63,734 bases of DNA, from the NCBI RefSeq assembly GCF_001194135.2, contig NC_068989.1, positions 68,895,636 to 68,959,369 of the forward strand, read 5' to 3'. The position numbers and the translations under genes were made by a program. This DNA comes from Octopus bimaculoides (Eukaryota). Shown piece after piece: positions 1 through 13,805 of this stretch (position 1 is the first letter of the stretch; each line of letters begins with the position of its first letter). The notes under the pieces are model-generated. The model did no database searches and had not been told where the DNA came from. It worked only from the letters and a program-made list of their open reading frames with translations.

Positions 1-110
1 TATATATATAAAAGTCTGGGGGGTAAAACCCTGTAGTTATGCCTATATGGCATAACTATTATTTATATCATATATATACATTATATTATATATATTATCT
101 ATGCAATATA

Positions 111-142
<32 letters not shown>

Positions 143-785
143 ATCTATATTATATATATATATTATATATATATTATCTATATCATATACATATATATTA
201 TATTATATATATATTATCTATGTAATATAATTCATATATATATCTTTTGTATATATAAATATATACACACACACACCCGCATATATGTAAACACCAGAGG
301 TGATCTTTCAGTATCTGTTCGACAGACAAGAGATAGCTACAGTGCAGATACGGAAAGTCTTGTACGTATAATAATAATAATAATATAGTGGACATGAAAT
401 CCAGTGTATAATCATGTCAACATTTTAGTCCATTCAAAATACACAATAAGCTTCATAACGATCAATTTACTCCATATGCATTATACATATCTATCTATAC
501 TAAAATAAGTAGCTAACATTCACGTTAGTTGGTGATAGATTTTATTATATAAGTCAAGAAATGTTTTAGTGTTTTCAACAATAAAACTACAATTATATAT
601 CGATGTGGACAGTCAACACAGATCATTATATGGACATGTTAAAAGAAAAATTCAATCCGACAAACGGATTGGATATATAAGTGACTAAATTAACTTAACC
701 TTGTATTGTTAAAAGCAATATAAAGAAAAATCTTAAAAAAAAAAAAGAGGGAGATATGAAAGGAAAATAAACAAATCCTTCTTAC

Positions 786-800
786 CTGCTGTCCAGCCAT
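786..800 (-). CDS. Possible first coding exon (MAGQQ) of a gene leaving the window to the left
   Basis: Minus strand ATG GCT GGA CAG CAG followed by a strong donor CAG|GTAAGA, with an in-frame TAG 5 codons upstream. Only 15 nt, so weak. Confidence 0.3.
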
Positions 801-1054
801 TGGGAGGTAAAACTAGAAATCTTTCTTTCTCCCTCCTTTCTTTTTATATAGATATATCTCTAGAGACGGGTAGATGCGTATTTTGGAAGTATTGTAATTA
901 ATAAATGCACCACTGATTGTATATTTTTTGCTTGTGAAAATATAAAATGTAAATTTTTTTCTTAAAAACAGGGGGAAAAAAAAACACACTATACATACAG
1001 TTTATATTAATTTCGTATTTGTGTTTGAACTAAAATGTGGTGGCGGCGACAGAG

Positions 1055-1072
1055 ATGGCGAATGCATACGAA
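1055..1072 (+). CDS. Possible first coding exon (MANAYE) of the plus-strand gene
   Basis: GAG ATG GCG AAT GCA TAC GAA|GTAATA. Good Kozak-like context, moderate donor. Confidence 0.2.
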
Positions 1073-1274
1073 GTAATAAAAATTTATATATACATATATA
1101 TATATATATAACATAAAAACTATTAACAACAGAATCTAACAACTTGTTTTCTTTTTCTCGTTCGGTATAATATTTTCTAATAATTTGTGCAGTTATATCC
1201 GGAGTATTTAGATGAAACAGCTGTAAGAGTCGAACCTCATGGTTCCATCTCGCTTCCTACAAAAGAACAACCGA

Positions 1275-1284
1275 CCGCCATCTT
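1275..1284 (-). promoter_or_regulatory. YY1-type motif (AAGATGGCGG) in a locally CpG-richer segment
   Basis: CCGCCATCTT on + matches the YY1 consensus. Nearby GATGGCG at 1054-1060 and 1653-1659. Confidence 0.35.
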
Positions 1285-2464
1285 GTAGCACTATTAACTT
1301 GCACAATAACATGTATAATTGCGCCGCCTAGCTTCAAACAACCTAATCACTCTAATTGTCGTAGTCATAACTTAACTTTCAACACGAATTATATCTCTCC
1401 GCGAGTAGTAGTGGGAGTGAGAGCACATCTACAATCGATAAGCAAAGCAAAAGTAAAGTGGTAGCAATAGCGATTTTACTAAATATAGTTCATATCTTAT
1501 CTTACTTTTCTGGATCTAAAATTCAAGTTAGGAAGGCTATTAATAATTCCGAGACAAATATACGAAAGTGATTATTGTTTTGAAATAGATTGCAACACAT
1601 GACAACTCATTTCTGCTAAGGGTTACAGTTATTTATACTTGTCATACCACGCGATGGCGTTTGTTTATCTTTATAGTAATTAGGGCGGTGAGCTAGGACT
1701 GAACGTTTAGGTGTATGTAGTTTAGTTTTCCACGGCTTTGAGTTCGAATCTCAACACAGTAAACTTTATATAGATAAAGTTGACTAAATTTCAATAATAT
1801 ACAAAACTGATTGTAATACGAATACATATAATTATATATATATATGTGTATGTGTGTGTGTGTATGGATATGTGTGTATGAGTGAGCGTGTATACTATGT
1901 GCGTGCGCATGTATGTATGTATATAGATAGATAGATAGATCGCTAAATAGATAGATAGATAGATAGGATAGATTCACACACACTTTCTGCTGTAAAAATT
2001 GGCTTCGTGCCTAACCAAAGAAGATAGCTTTACATTAATTAGTATTTACAGTTATAGGACGAAATAGTGGCAGAGTAGTCTTTGGTATTGCAACTGTTTA
2101 GACTCCCTCCCACACTTAGTAATACCGAAGAATATAAACATGATAAATTTATAAATATAAACACAGTGAATTATGACAGTTTAGAAGATCGTGCCATTGA
2201 TCTTGTTGGTAACAGATGGCGTTCACTTAAGAAGGTAGCGATCAACATCATAACAATGTCTGTATTATGTAAGGAAGCTACTAGAAAGAAGTTTTCGTTT
2301 TCTTTTTATTTCTTTTGCTTCTTTATATTTATCATACAAATATCAGCACAGAGATACGTATATGAATAAAGGAAAGGAAAATAAAAGACAAAAGAAAAAG
2401 AAAAAAAAACGTTTATTATTGAATCTTTTTTCTTTGCTGAGAATGAAGAAAGAATGAATGCCAT

Positions 2465-2562
<98 letters not shown>

Positions 2563-2670
2563 CTGGCCTCCAGGGCCTCAAGAACATTTAGGACAGGACA
2601 GTGGGGATTACATAAAAACGTATAATAATATTTTAAAAAACAGCTGCTGCTGATGATGATGATGATGACG

Positions 2671-2704
<34 letters not shown>

Positions 2705-3067
2705 CGACGACGACGACAATGACGATGATTATGACGATGATGATGACGATGATTTCTGTTATTTGCCACTAGGCTGACGGACAAGGGATCGATACATACG
2801 TAAACGATTAATATTTTTCTGCTATATTCTTTTTCTTTTGCAAGTCGCAACAGCAGTAATGAAGAGATAAATTCCAACCGACATGTGTCCGCAAGGTGTT
2901 TTCGATTTCCTCTAGTAGTTTCTATTACTAATGCCCTTGAAGAAATAGCAACAAGAAAAAAAAAGAAAACGAAAAAAACACCTGTGCCATTTTCATTTCC
3001 GTCTTCAGTAAATATAAAGACCTTGTGTGTAACAAATTATTAAGCTTGAAAATATGTGGAGTGGGGA

Positions 3068-3500
3068 GACTAGTGTGGTAGAGCCGAAGGAAAGGTAAAC
3101 TCCCATTAAACTCGATACCGCGATTCGGAGTTGCCGGTTCGATTTCACTGCGAGGCACCTTGGGTACGTACAGCCATAAGTTGACCAAATTATTTGTGAG
3201 TAGAATTTGGAAGCCTATCGTGTGTGTACATGTGTAAATGTGTGTGTAAACATATATGTAATATATGTGTGTGTGTGTATGTATATGTATTAGAGAGAGT
3301 ATCAAGTTTATGTTTATGGTCTCTAAGAAATTGTATTATTTATCATTATGTCCGTAACTTAGCAGTTCGACAATAGCTTTCAGTAAATTAAATGTCAAAC
3401 TCAGCTAAGCAATAAATAATAGAATCGATAATGTCGACTTAAACACTTGAAAATGGTACCCCAGCATGGCCACAGTAGAAAGACAAATCATAAAAGAATA
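3068..3500 (+). mobile_element. Composite tRNA-derived SINE (head, internal TA/TG microsatellite, conserved tail), degenerate
   Basis: Head with GGTTCGATTT..CACTGCGAGGCACCTTGGG and tail with GTCCGTAACTTAGCAGTTCG..CCCCAGCATGGCCACAGT. Homologous to the copies at 16170-16560 and 31682-31903. Confidence 0.7.
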
Positions 3501-3519
3501 TCATGAATACACACACACA

Positions 3520-3554
<35 letters not shown>

Positions 3555-3577
3555 ACATACATACATACATACAAAAC

Positions 3578-3680
3578 TACCCTGTTGTTGATGAAATTCC
3601 AATGAAGGAGCCTTGAATCTAGGTTAGAAACCAGTTCTTTCTCTGTTGGCAAGAAATTTTGATATAAACAGAATAATGAC
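3578..3680. repeat. ~105-bp dispersed repeat embedded in (ACAT)n/(TA)n, copy 1
   Basis: TACCCTGTTG..AATGAAGGAGCCTTG.ATCTAG.TTAGA.ACC..TTGGCAAGAA..GAATAATGACAT is shared with 28238-28368. Confidence 0.8.
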
Positions 3681-3884
3681 ATATATATGTATATGTGTGT
3701 GTGTGTATATAAAGCCCGATGATTGTGTGAGGGCACCAGACGTGCTTAAAAAAGTGTTCTCTGAGCTGCTTTCATCGCATGAGACTTATAATTGCTCATG
3801 AAAATATATATTGTCTTTATTAAATAATATTATCTCTCACCACCAGACGGAGTACTTATTTTGTTGATCTTACCATCACGGAAC

Positions 3885-3919
<35 letters not shown>

Positions 3920-4229
3920 ACATACATACATACATACATACATACATACATACATACATACATACATACATACACTGAAACTGAGAATTTTGTCTCGTGA
4001 CTCGGGTTTCACGTCACTGTGATCATCTGGCGAACTTTTTTTTATTGTTTTTAATCGCCAGAACGTTACAAAAGTAACTCATGGGCTGAGTGCTTCGTGC
4101 ATAGTACTTATGAAACTATGCACTAAACTCCCAGCTTTTAAGTCACTTTTGTAATAGTCTGCCGATTAAAGTAACAAAAAACGCCTATTTACACACGTAT
4201 TGATTTCTGTTTATCTTATTTGTCTTGCC

Positions 4230-4266
<37 letters not shown>

Positions 4267-7200
4267 GTTCATTGAATAATGTCATCTAAAAACTAAGGGC
4301 TGAACGCAGTTGTTGAAAGCCTCTGATCATACGCCTGCTCACTCAGCGCTATCCTTGGCTAAACAGAAACAAAACACATTTCCATACAACAAACAAGCAC
4401 AAACAAAAGGATGTGGTTTAATAAAATTGTATAATCTTCATAATTGCGATGATCTTTTTACACGCTCACACACACATACACACACACATATATGTATGTA
4501 TGCACGTATGTATGTATGTATGTATACGCGACTGAGGTTACAGACCAAAGATTAGATTTCACAGTCATTTCAAGGGTTACTTTTCATCTTCTTTCACAAG
4601 TGTTGTCTATATAGAAAGTCTAGTAATCTGAAATTTCGAAGTCACTGTCAACCCTTTCTTTAAAAAAATTTAATAAATATGTCTGCTACTGTAAAGTATT
4701 GAGCATACGTATACTGTAAATAAAATTATAAGCCTTCACCGTATAGTGACTAATATAAAATAGTCTAATATCAGAGCATATAAGCCCCCGTAGCAGAAAA
4801 ATGAGTATTAGTCTTATGGTGTGGGTTCGATTCCCACGCGTACTAATGCACCATTTGTTTCCCGTTACGGGAGCTTATATGTCCTCATATTGGACTATTC
4901 TCTATAATTAATATATGATGGAAGCTCATAATTCCATTAACAAGATTTCTATCGCAACCGTTTCCTAATTCACGTAGAAATCGCACATATTTACATTTAT
5001 ATATACATACATGATCTCGTTTGTTTGCAAATATAAGACTACATGATGTAAGGGGAAATTCGACGGCTATAACTAGTACATCGAGCGTCCATTCAGAAAT
5101 ATCCAAGCAATGGCTCGAATTAAATTTTAATGTTGTAAAGTCTCAGATCAATTGTAATTGAAAAACCTCGAGGAAAAGATGTGATTTATGAGATAACTGA
5201 ATTGTTTGCGTGTTTACCAAACCCTGACATATTTGCTAGTAAAAGTTTTCGGTGTTAAGAAGAGCGTTTACAAAAACTACAGTACATCTGTTCTATTATG
5301 TAAATATATACATTGAAGGTAAGTCTGAAACATGTAAAGGAAAGGTGTTAAATTGTATAATAACGCCACAAGCGTATGGTTTACATTGCTTTTTTTTTTT
5401 CATGTTGAATAAATTTGTTTCTCCATCTATCATTTGACTCGTTTCGTTTGGTTTACATTGGCAAAATATTCTGAATTGTAGGACAGAAAATATACATGGC
5501 TAAAATCATTTGATGATTCCGCCATAGCGGAACCAACAACTAGCTCTTAAGACTCAATATCTTACATATAATAAAACGCAATGTGTATCTCTTATTTATA
5601 TATTACTGTATTAATAAGGTACCGCTGGCGAGGAGGTGTGAATTGTTAGAGATTTTCCGCTTCGAGATTAAAGGAATAGGGTTTACGTAATCGCTTTCAT
5701 TAGCCTACAGCTGTTTTCGCTATAAGAACTCAGAACTGAGTGCCAGTGCGACACTTATAGCTTCCTCAGAGTCATTTTAATGAAGGGACTTCCTTCAAAT
5801 GGCTCTGAGGACACTATAAGATATTGCATTAACACTTATCTCTGGGCCTTTGCTTAGCAGAAACAGCTATAACTTAACTAGAGTGATTACATAAAGCTTG
5901 TTCTTTTTCGTTAATTCGTTAATTAATGTGACTTAAGTTATGAAGTCATTTGTAGATAATTGAATAGGCTCAGCTGGGCGTTGGACTAATGATATTGGGT
6001 TTCGTCATACTGATGAGGTTGTTTTGTTCTGAAAATTGATACTAATCGAAATTTCTCTTGCCCTACTTAGGGAGAGTGATAAAAAAAAGGCAGGTTTCGG
6101 TCACTTATATACATATTGCTGCACAATCATCAGTATAATAAGATATTGTCCCAAGCAGTGTACTATGTCTATGGTTAAAACGACTGATAAACGACTCAGT
6201 CGAGCGATCCAATGAATTTGACGAGATTTTCATTTTAGCTTTAATGATTCACTAAATTTTTATCTATCAATTATATTCTATTTTATTATACTGTATTTCG
6301 TTAGTTTCTATAGTCAATAAACGGTGAAGGCCTATAATTCTATTTACAAAATTTCATCCTAGCCCTCAGAGTGTGATAGTGTGAAGAAACTTTCGCTGGG
6401 GAGATTTAACTGAAAATTTATTCCTAAGACTCGTAAAATCAGGGACCAAGCCCTAAAAAATATAAAAACTCCGTGATTATAACCGATCTCAAATCCGTGT
6501 CTCATGAATTTACTATTCTATACCTCACACGAGCAATCTCTGCGCTTCAGAAAACAAAACATAAAAAGAGTAGAGAAAAAGAGGATACTATCAAAAAGGA
6601 TTAGTCATTGTCTTATTTTAATATATTAAACTATTTCTGTGTTTTTAAGAATAGAAAACTCATACTCCAACTTACATGTAAGTCGGGTTTCCCTATTAAA
6701 GCAATTAACAAATTCACACACACATACACACGAGATGATAAATGAAGCTGGAAGTCTACAAACGGCTACTTACTCAATTTTAATCTACTTAGGCATTAAT
6801 CAGGAAATTTGGTCCGATCTACTGGACTCTGACTAATTGTCTTTCATTTTAATATCTAATTACCAATATGAGTGAATTAACCCCCCCACCCCTCCACACA
6901 CACATATGCATATTTGTATATATGTATGTATATTTGTATGTATGTATGTATAGTACTGGAGTTTATTTGTTTGACTAAAATCGTTCAAGACGGTGCCCCA
7001 GTTTGGCCGCTATCCAATGGCTGAAATAAGTAAAGGATAAAAGATAAAAGATATTGTCAAAATTCGTTAATATTGAAATGAATAATAAATCATTTCGGTG
7101 TGTGTGTGTGTGTGTGATAGTTCACTTGTTTCGTTTGGTTGTCTTTGTCTGTTGTTTATTTTCACAGGTTTCTGCTATCTATATTTAATTATATCATAAC

Positions 7201-7956
7201 TGAAATAAATGATGCCTGTTGTTTTAGTAAACTGAGAATTCCTTTTGCAAAAGATAGAAGGAATAAGAACATGTCACAATTTACGAAATTCAATACAGAT
7301 AAAATAAACAGATAAAGAAAGATGCGATTTCGACACTGTTGAACTAGGCTACGTGAGCTTATGCAAGAGAGACACATTCGTTTCAGATATAAATAGCAGC
7401 CTTAAAATAAATGGATTTCATATAGTGCAATGTAATCTTGAACAAGAGGATTAAGAAACTGGCCAATAAGAAATAACTTATTAAAACAACAATACTATAA
7501 ATTTACAAGCGGATTTGGATTATTTCTCGATGCTTTTGCTATGCGTCTTATTACCGTTTCCTACAAGAACAGATTATCTCGAGGTCTCTATCTCCAATAG
7601 ATGTTGATCGACATCTATGCAGGTACCGTCTGGTTGCTGCTACGTATGAATATATGCATTTATAATATATGTACATATAAATGTATATAGATATATATCT
7701 ATTTGTACGTGTTTATACGGAGAAGTGATCTGCGAGCACTCATGCAGCAGAATCAATAAATATAGAGATATATGTAAAATTCTAGAAAGTCTGATGTATT
7801 CTCATGGAAAAAAAAAGAGGTAAAATGGCTGTCATTAAACTTCTCAGGCTGAAAGTCCGGCACAGTTTCCCAAACAATAAATCTATTATACAATAAATCT
7901 ATTATTCGAATATATCTGCTGATACCCTACATACATACGTACATACATACATACAT

Positions 7957-8006
<50 letters not shown>

Positions 8007-9430
8007 TGACACACATATGCCTTTGAAAGAGAAGTCTCTGAAAAACATCACAGGTCAACTCAATCACAGCTGACCGAGGACAAAAGAATATCTACATTTC
8101 AAGTCAATTATAGATTGCCTACGTTAGTGACTTTAATGTTTACTGTCATTTACTCTTCAAGTTAATCTATTTCGTCATTTGCCCTCTTTCTCTTATGCAA
8201 AAATATGCACTAAATAATATCTTGATATAAGCCTCCGTTACTGAAAAACGCTACCTTTTAGATAGCGTGTTGCACCTGTATACGTATGTGCTTGTATATA
8301 TGTGTGTACTTGTGTGGGTGTGAGAGAGAGAGAGAGAGAGAGAGAGTGCCACATGCATGTACATATATATATATATATATACACGCACACATATATTCAC
8401 AGACATACATATATATNNNNNNNNNNNNNNNNNNNNNNNNNNNNNNNNNNNNNNNNNNNNNNNNNNNNNNNNNNNNNNNNNNNNNNNNNNNNNNNNNNNN
8501 NNNNNNNNNNNNNNNNNNNNNNNNNNNNNNNNNNNNNNNNNNNNNNNNNNNNNNNNNNNNTATATATATAGATGCATATGTATGTATGTAAGTGTAATGA
8601 AAGCAATGAACTCCAAAAGAAAGAAGACAATTAAATATTTCAAGACGTTAATATTTGCCTTCTTTTTTCTTATTTTTCTTTCTTTTTTCTTATTTTTTTT
8701 TTCTAATTGTAGTGTTTCTAAATTTCACCTTTGACTTCGACTGTAAGTTGAACTTTTTGGTTTGAGGATAATTTCCTCAGTCATCAAGTATTTAATTTTC
8801 AGTCAAATTCCTTTCGCAAAGAATGTACTCGTTGAAGCAATAAATGGCTAGTGTTTTAGATTCTAATTCTGAAATCAGTAATCAACTACAGTATAGGAAG
8901 CTTCAAGTCTAAATTACCAGAGACATTCAAACTTTGATACATAATCACCAATTTTACCTGTTTCACCAATCTTTTGACAATTAACTTAAAACACAACACT
9001 TGGCATTAGACTCTATGGAAGTGTAGTTATGCAACAACTAATTGTACTTCAAATATTACCCCCTTGCTTACGCTTAGATTTCGCATAGTAATTGAAATCA
9101 TGTTATCCTCTATGTTAATTCGTTTGTCTACGCTGAAACAAAAGTTAGAGATAAAGTCATTTCATTGCTGCTCAAGAAAGACGGTTTAGATTTAGTCAAA
9201 ATATGGATATTTAATTTCAGCTTATTTATTTGATGTTTGAAGAAGCACTATTATCTAGGGAATTAAGGCAGTAAGTCTCAATGTTTTGATTAGATGGTGC
9301 AGTGGAGATTAATCAAATATATTTCTGGGCACATTTTATATAGATAGTTAAATACACACATACACACACACACACTTCAAATTTACAGAAAACAAAAGAC
9401 AAAAACAGGTGAGGAAACAACAAGCCGGTG

Positions 9431-9545
9431 TATTAGTTTAACGCTCGGAAAGAATGGAAAAGTCTTTGACGTTTCGAGCCTACGCTCTTCAGCAGAAAGG
9501 ATTGAAAGGGAAAAAAATGGAGAGAGAAAGAAAAAAGAAAAACGG
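9431..9545 (-). mobile_element. Penelope-like terminal repeat fragment with minimal hammerhead-like motif, copy 1
   Basis: Minus strand CCTTT-CTGCTGA-A-GAGC-GTAG-GCTC-GAAA-C-GTC-AAAGA. Homologous to 32604-32705. Confidence 0.55.
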
Positions 9546-9618
9546 AAAGAGAAAAAAAAACATTCATGCATGCATATATAAATACGTACGCATGTATGTA
9601 TGTACGTACGCACACAGT

Positions 9619-9870
9619 GGAGGCGCAATGGCCCAGTGGTTAGGGCAGCGGACTCGTGGTCATAGGATCGCGGTTTCGATTCCCAGACCGGGCGTTGTGA
9701 GTGCTTATTGAGCGAAAACACCTAAAGCTCCACGAGGCTCCGGCAGGGGATGTTGGTGAACCCTGCTGTACTCTTTCACCACAACTTTCTCTCACTCTTA
9801 CTTCCTGTTTCTGCTGTGCCTGTAATTCAAAAGGTCAGCCTTGTCACACTGTGTCACGCTGAATATCCCC
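9619..9870 (+). mobile_element. Young tRNA(Arg)-like SINE (octopus OR-type), 3' part lost in gap
   Basis: A box TGGCCCAGTGG and B box GGTTTCGATTCC. I count about 7 differences in about 250 bp versus the copy at 11434. Confidence 0.85.
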
Positions 9871-10636
9871 NNNNNNNNNNNNNNNNNNNNNNNNNNNNNN
9901 NNNNNNNNNNNNNNNNNNNNNNNNNNNNNNNNNNNNNNNNNNNNNNNNNNNNNNNNNNNNNNNNNNNNNNNNNNNNNNNNNNNNNNNNNNNNNNNNNNNN
10001 NNNNNNNNNNNNNNNNNNNNNNNNNNNNNNNNNNNNNNNNNNNNNNNNNNNNNNNNNNNNNNNNNNNNNNNNNNNNNNNNNNNNNNNNNNNNNNNNNNNN
10101 NNNNNNNNNNNNNNNNNNNNNNNNNNNNNNNNNNNNNNNNNNNNNNNNNNNNNNNNNNNNNNNNNNNNNNNNNNNNNNNNNNNNNNNNNNNNNNNNNNNN
10201 NNNNNNNNNNNNNNNNNNNNNNNNNNNNNNNNNNNNNNNNNNNNNNNNNNNNNNNNNNNNNNNNNNNNNNNNNNNNNNNNNNNNNNNNNNNNNNNNNNNN
10301 NNNNNNNNNNNNNNNNNNNNNNNNNNNNNNNNNNNNNNNNNNNNNNNNNNNNNNNNNNNNNNNNNNNNNNNNNNNNNNNNNNNNNNNNNNNNNNNNNNNN
10401 NNNNNNNNNNNNNNNNNNNNNNNNNNNNNNNNNNNNNNNNNNNNNNNNNNNNNNNNNNNNNNNNNNNNNNNNNNNNNNNNNNNNNNNNNNNNNNNNNNNN
10501 NNNNNNNNNNNNNNNNNNNNNNNNNNNNNNNNNNNNNNNNNNNNNNNNNNNNNNNNNNNNNNNNNNNNNNNNNNNNNNNNNNNNNNNNNNNNNNNNNNNN
10601 NNNNNNNNNNNNNNNNNNNNNNNNNNNNNNNNNNNN

Positions 10637-10694
<58 letters not shown>

Positions 10695-10770
10695 CCACAA
10701 ATGCACGTAGGCACGCACACAGCATGACAGAGGAAGAAAAAAGCAAGTTGAATGTAGAAACCGAGATTTA

Positions 10771-12253
10771 TAGGGTGTCCTCAGAAAGTGTATACACATC
10801 TTGAGAGCTGATTATTCGCTCAATGTTCATTTCTATTTTCATTTTGCACATTAGAAATAATGAAGAAGACCAGATTAAGTTCTTAACGAAGGAAATTTGT
10901 TCTAAAATGCTACTAGAAGTTTGAAAATGTAGTCAAAGTGCAAAGACGATTTAGAAGGGAGTTTCAAACACATCCACCTAGGTGACTTACAATCACGCGA
11001 ATTAGAGATAACTTTGAAGCTGGTGGAAGATATGTTCCGAAAGACAGAAAAGATCTACGAGCCGCACAAAGCAAAGCAGTGTACTAGAAACACGTTAGCA
11101 GCATTCAAAAATATCTGTGCGGCAAGCCTGTCGTGAGATAGGAATTTCAAAATGAAGCGCCCATCGATTTTGAAGCACCATCATTGAAAAAGTTGGAATA
11201 GTCCATGCTCTAATTGAAGATGATCCGGACCGAAAAATGAAGTTTTTTTTACGAGTGGTATTCGACAATATGTTTTGAAAATGCACACTTACCAACAACG
11301 ATTATTTGGGGACTAATGAGGCAGCATTTGAATTGAATGACTAAACCGTCGCAGTTGCCTCTACTGGTACCTGAGAATCCACATACTATGGAGAAGCATC
11401 ATGTTAATTTACCAGGTGTTGCAGTTTGGTGCGGAGGCGCAATGGCCCAGTGGTTAGGGCAGCGGACTCGCGGTCATAGGATCGCGGTTTCGATTCCCAG
11501 ACCGGGCGTTGTGAGTGTTTATTGAGCGAAAACACCTAAAGCTCCACGAGGCTCCGGCAGGGGATGTTGGTGAACCCTGCTGTACTCTTTCACCACAACT
11601 TTCTCTCACTCTTTCTTCCTGTTTCTGTTGTGCCTGTAATTCAAAGGGCCAGCCTTGTCACACTGTGTCACGCTGAATATTCCCGAGAACTACGTTAAGG
11701 GTACACGTGTCTGTGGAGTGCTCAGCCACTTGCACGTTAATTTCACGAGCAGGCTGTTCTGTTGATCGGATCAACTGGAACCCTCGACGTCGTAAGCGAT
11801 GGAGTGCCAACACACACACAACACAGTATGGTGCGTTTTATTATCAAAAGTATTAATTGGACTATCCTTTTTGACGGTACTGTGACTGGTCCCATTTACT
11901 TGAACTTGCTTCAACAAACTGTCATGCCAAGTATTCAAGAATGTGAAATTTTATTTCCAGCAAGTTGGGCCTCTGCACACTACTATACAAAAATATATGG
12001 GTCTATCTTGAGATTTTGCCAAACAGGTGAATTGGATGAAGAGGTTCAGTAGAATACCCTCTACGCGCACTGGACCTAACACCATTAGACTTTTTTATGG
12101 GGATACTTAAAATATAAGGTTTGCAGTACAAGACCGGTATCAGTCGACGAATTAACCGCAACCATTGAATGAGAATGTGCACAAATACCAAACGAAATGT
12201 TTCTTGAGGATTACGATTCCATTTCTTCGTGCGTACACCTTTTGGACATCCTG
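10771..12253 (+). mobile_element. Decayed IS630-Tc1-mariner DNA transposon (HTH plus DDE/D transposase remnant) with degenerate TIRs and TA flanks
   Basis: Left TIR TAGGGTGTCCTCAGAAAGTGTATACAC, right TIR (reverse complement) CAGGATGTCCAAAAGGTGTACGCAC, TA on both sides. Fragments [59 protein letters not shown] and LDLTPLDFF, with stops and frameshifts. Confidence 0.85.
11434..11823 (+). mobile_element. Full-length young tRNA-derived SINE (OR-type) inserted in the transposase
   Basis: A and B boxes, tail ending in (CA)n, flanked by CAGTTTGGTGCG (11422-11433) and CAGTATGGTGCG (11824-11835). Confidence 0.9.
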
Positions 12254-12841
12254 TATGTGTGTGTGTGTGTGCGTGTGCGCGCGCGTGTGTTTTAGGAGCT
12301 GAAACTTCACTTCAGAAATCATTACACAAAGTTTATCATACGATCTTCAGACGATAATTATCCGACGATCGCAAACGAGAAATTCGGAGTAGAAATCTGC
12401 GAAGCTTCAGTTTCCAGTAAAATACAAAATATAACTCTACTTTCAGTATTGAGTACTCTAGTGTTTCTTCTTTGTTCACACTTCAGTGCTTACTTATATA
12501 TGTGCGTGATTGCGCGCATCACGTGTATGTGTGCTCGTGCGTGCATGAGACAGAGAATGAGATGCATAAGCACGTGTTATATTGCGTGATCATAAGCAAT
12601 TTTCGTATATTTAATACTACAGAGCGCTGACAGTTAGATTTAGCCACACTCTTGTATTACATAATCTCCACTTAGAAACTACTAATCTCATAAAATCTGA
12701 TAGGTCCAAAATTCACCCGGCTTTCTCCTACACTTATCATAGTAATCAGTTCCACTCGCCTCTTACAATCGGCAGTCTATTTTTGTGACCTTGATCAAGT
12801 CATATATATATATATATATACACACGGGACAAAGAGGATTA

Positions 12842-12875
<34 letters not shown>

Positions 12876-13757
12876 TCACGCACACACACATATAATATNN
12901 NNNNNNNNNNNNNNNNNNNNNNNNNNNNNNNNNNNNNNNNNNNNNNNNNNNNNNNNNNNNNNNNNNNNNNNNNNNNNNNNNNNNNNNNNNNNNNNNNNNN
13001 NNNNNNNNNNNNNNNNNNNNNNNNNNNNNNNNNNNNNNNNNNNNNNNNNNNNNNNNNNNNNNNNNNNNNNNNNNNNNNNNNNNNNNNNNNNNNNNNNNNN
13101 NNNNNNNNNNNNNNNNNNNNNNNNNNNNNNNNNNNNNNNNNNNNNNNNNNNNNNNNNNNNNNNNNNNNNNNNNNNNNNNNNNNATATATATATATATACT
13201 TATTTATATGCATATGTGTGTATGCTAAAATGTATATATATATGACATGACCAGTCGCCATAATTGACCGCTAACTCCAAAAGTGGTGGTGGTGGTGGTG
13301 GTGATGATGATGATGATGATGATGATGTTGTGTCTGTCGTCGTCTTTGTTGTTGTTGTTAAATATGCACGACCGGGATAATTTGTGCAAAGATGCATGCT
13401 GGAGGGAGTGAATGGAATTATTGTCTACCGGGATCGGCTGCTAGTCAACTCGGAGACAATTTCGCCATAGGTTGACTGAAGCATGCAAGAACGAAGAGGC
13501 CCTCTTCTAGAATACAAGCGAAACAGTTGTAGTTGACATCAGTGAAAATTTATGTTTGTAGCACTATCACATGACGCAGAATCAAATATTCGTTAAAGGT
13601 GGTAAAAATTAAGAAGTACAGAATTTCAGAAATGCAGATATGGCAAGTAGGTTGGTGGAAAATTTACGACACTAAAGCTGTAACTGGAATTTGCAAACGT
13701 GAAAATTTGTTTTCTTTAGAAGAAAGAGAAAAATCTCCATGGACACCCTCCAAGACG

Positions 13758-13805
<48 letters not shown>

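Noticed and set aside
4790-4845. tRNA-like T-arm GTGGG-TTCGATT-CCCAC
   Set aside because: No A box, acceptor stem or cloverleaf. It is a decayed SINE head, and the same applies to all A/B-box hits in the window.
5283-7622. Small exon candidates at 5283-5318, 6650-6677 and 7601-7622
   Set aside because: Each can be fitted in phase to the chain but they are mutually interchangeable and each has one weak site. I cannot discriminate among them without transcripts.
13395-13475. MLEGVNGIIVYRDRLLV, resembling the Gypsy RT YxDD region
   Set aside because: Too short, lacks the DD pair, and has no supporting flanking motifs.
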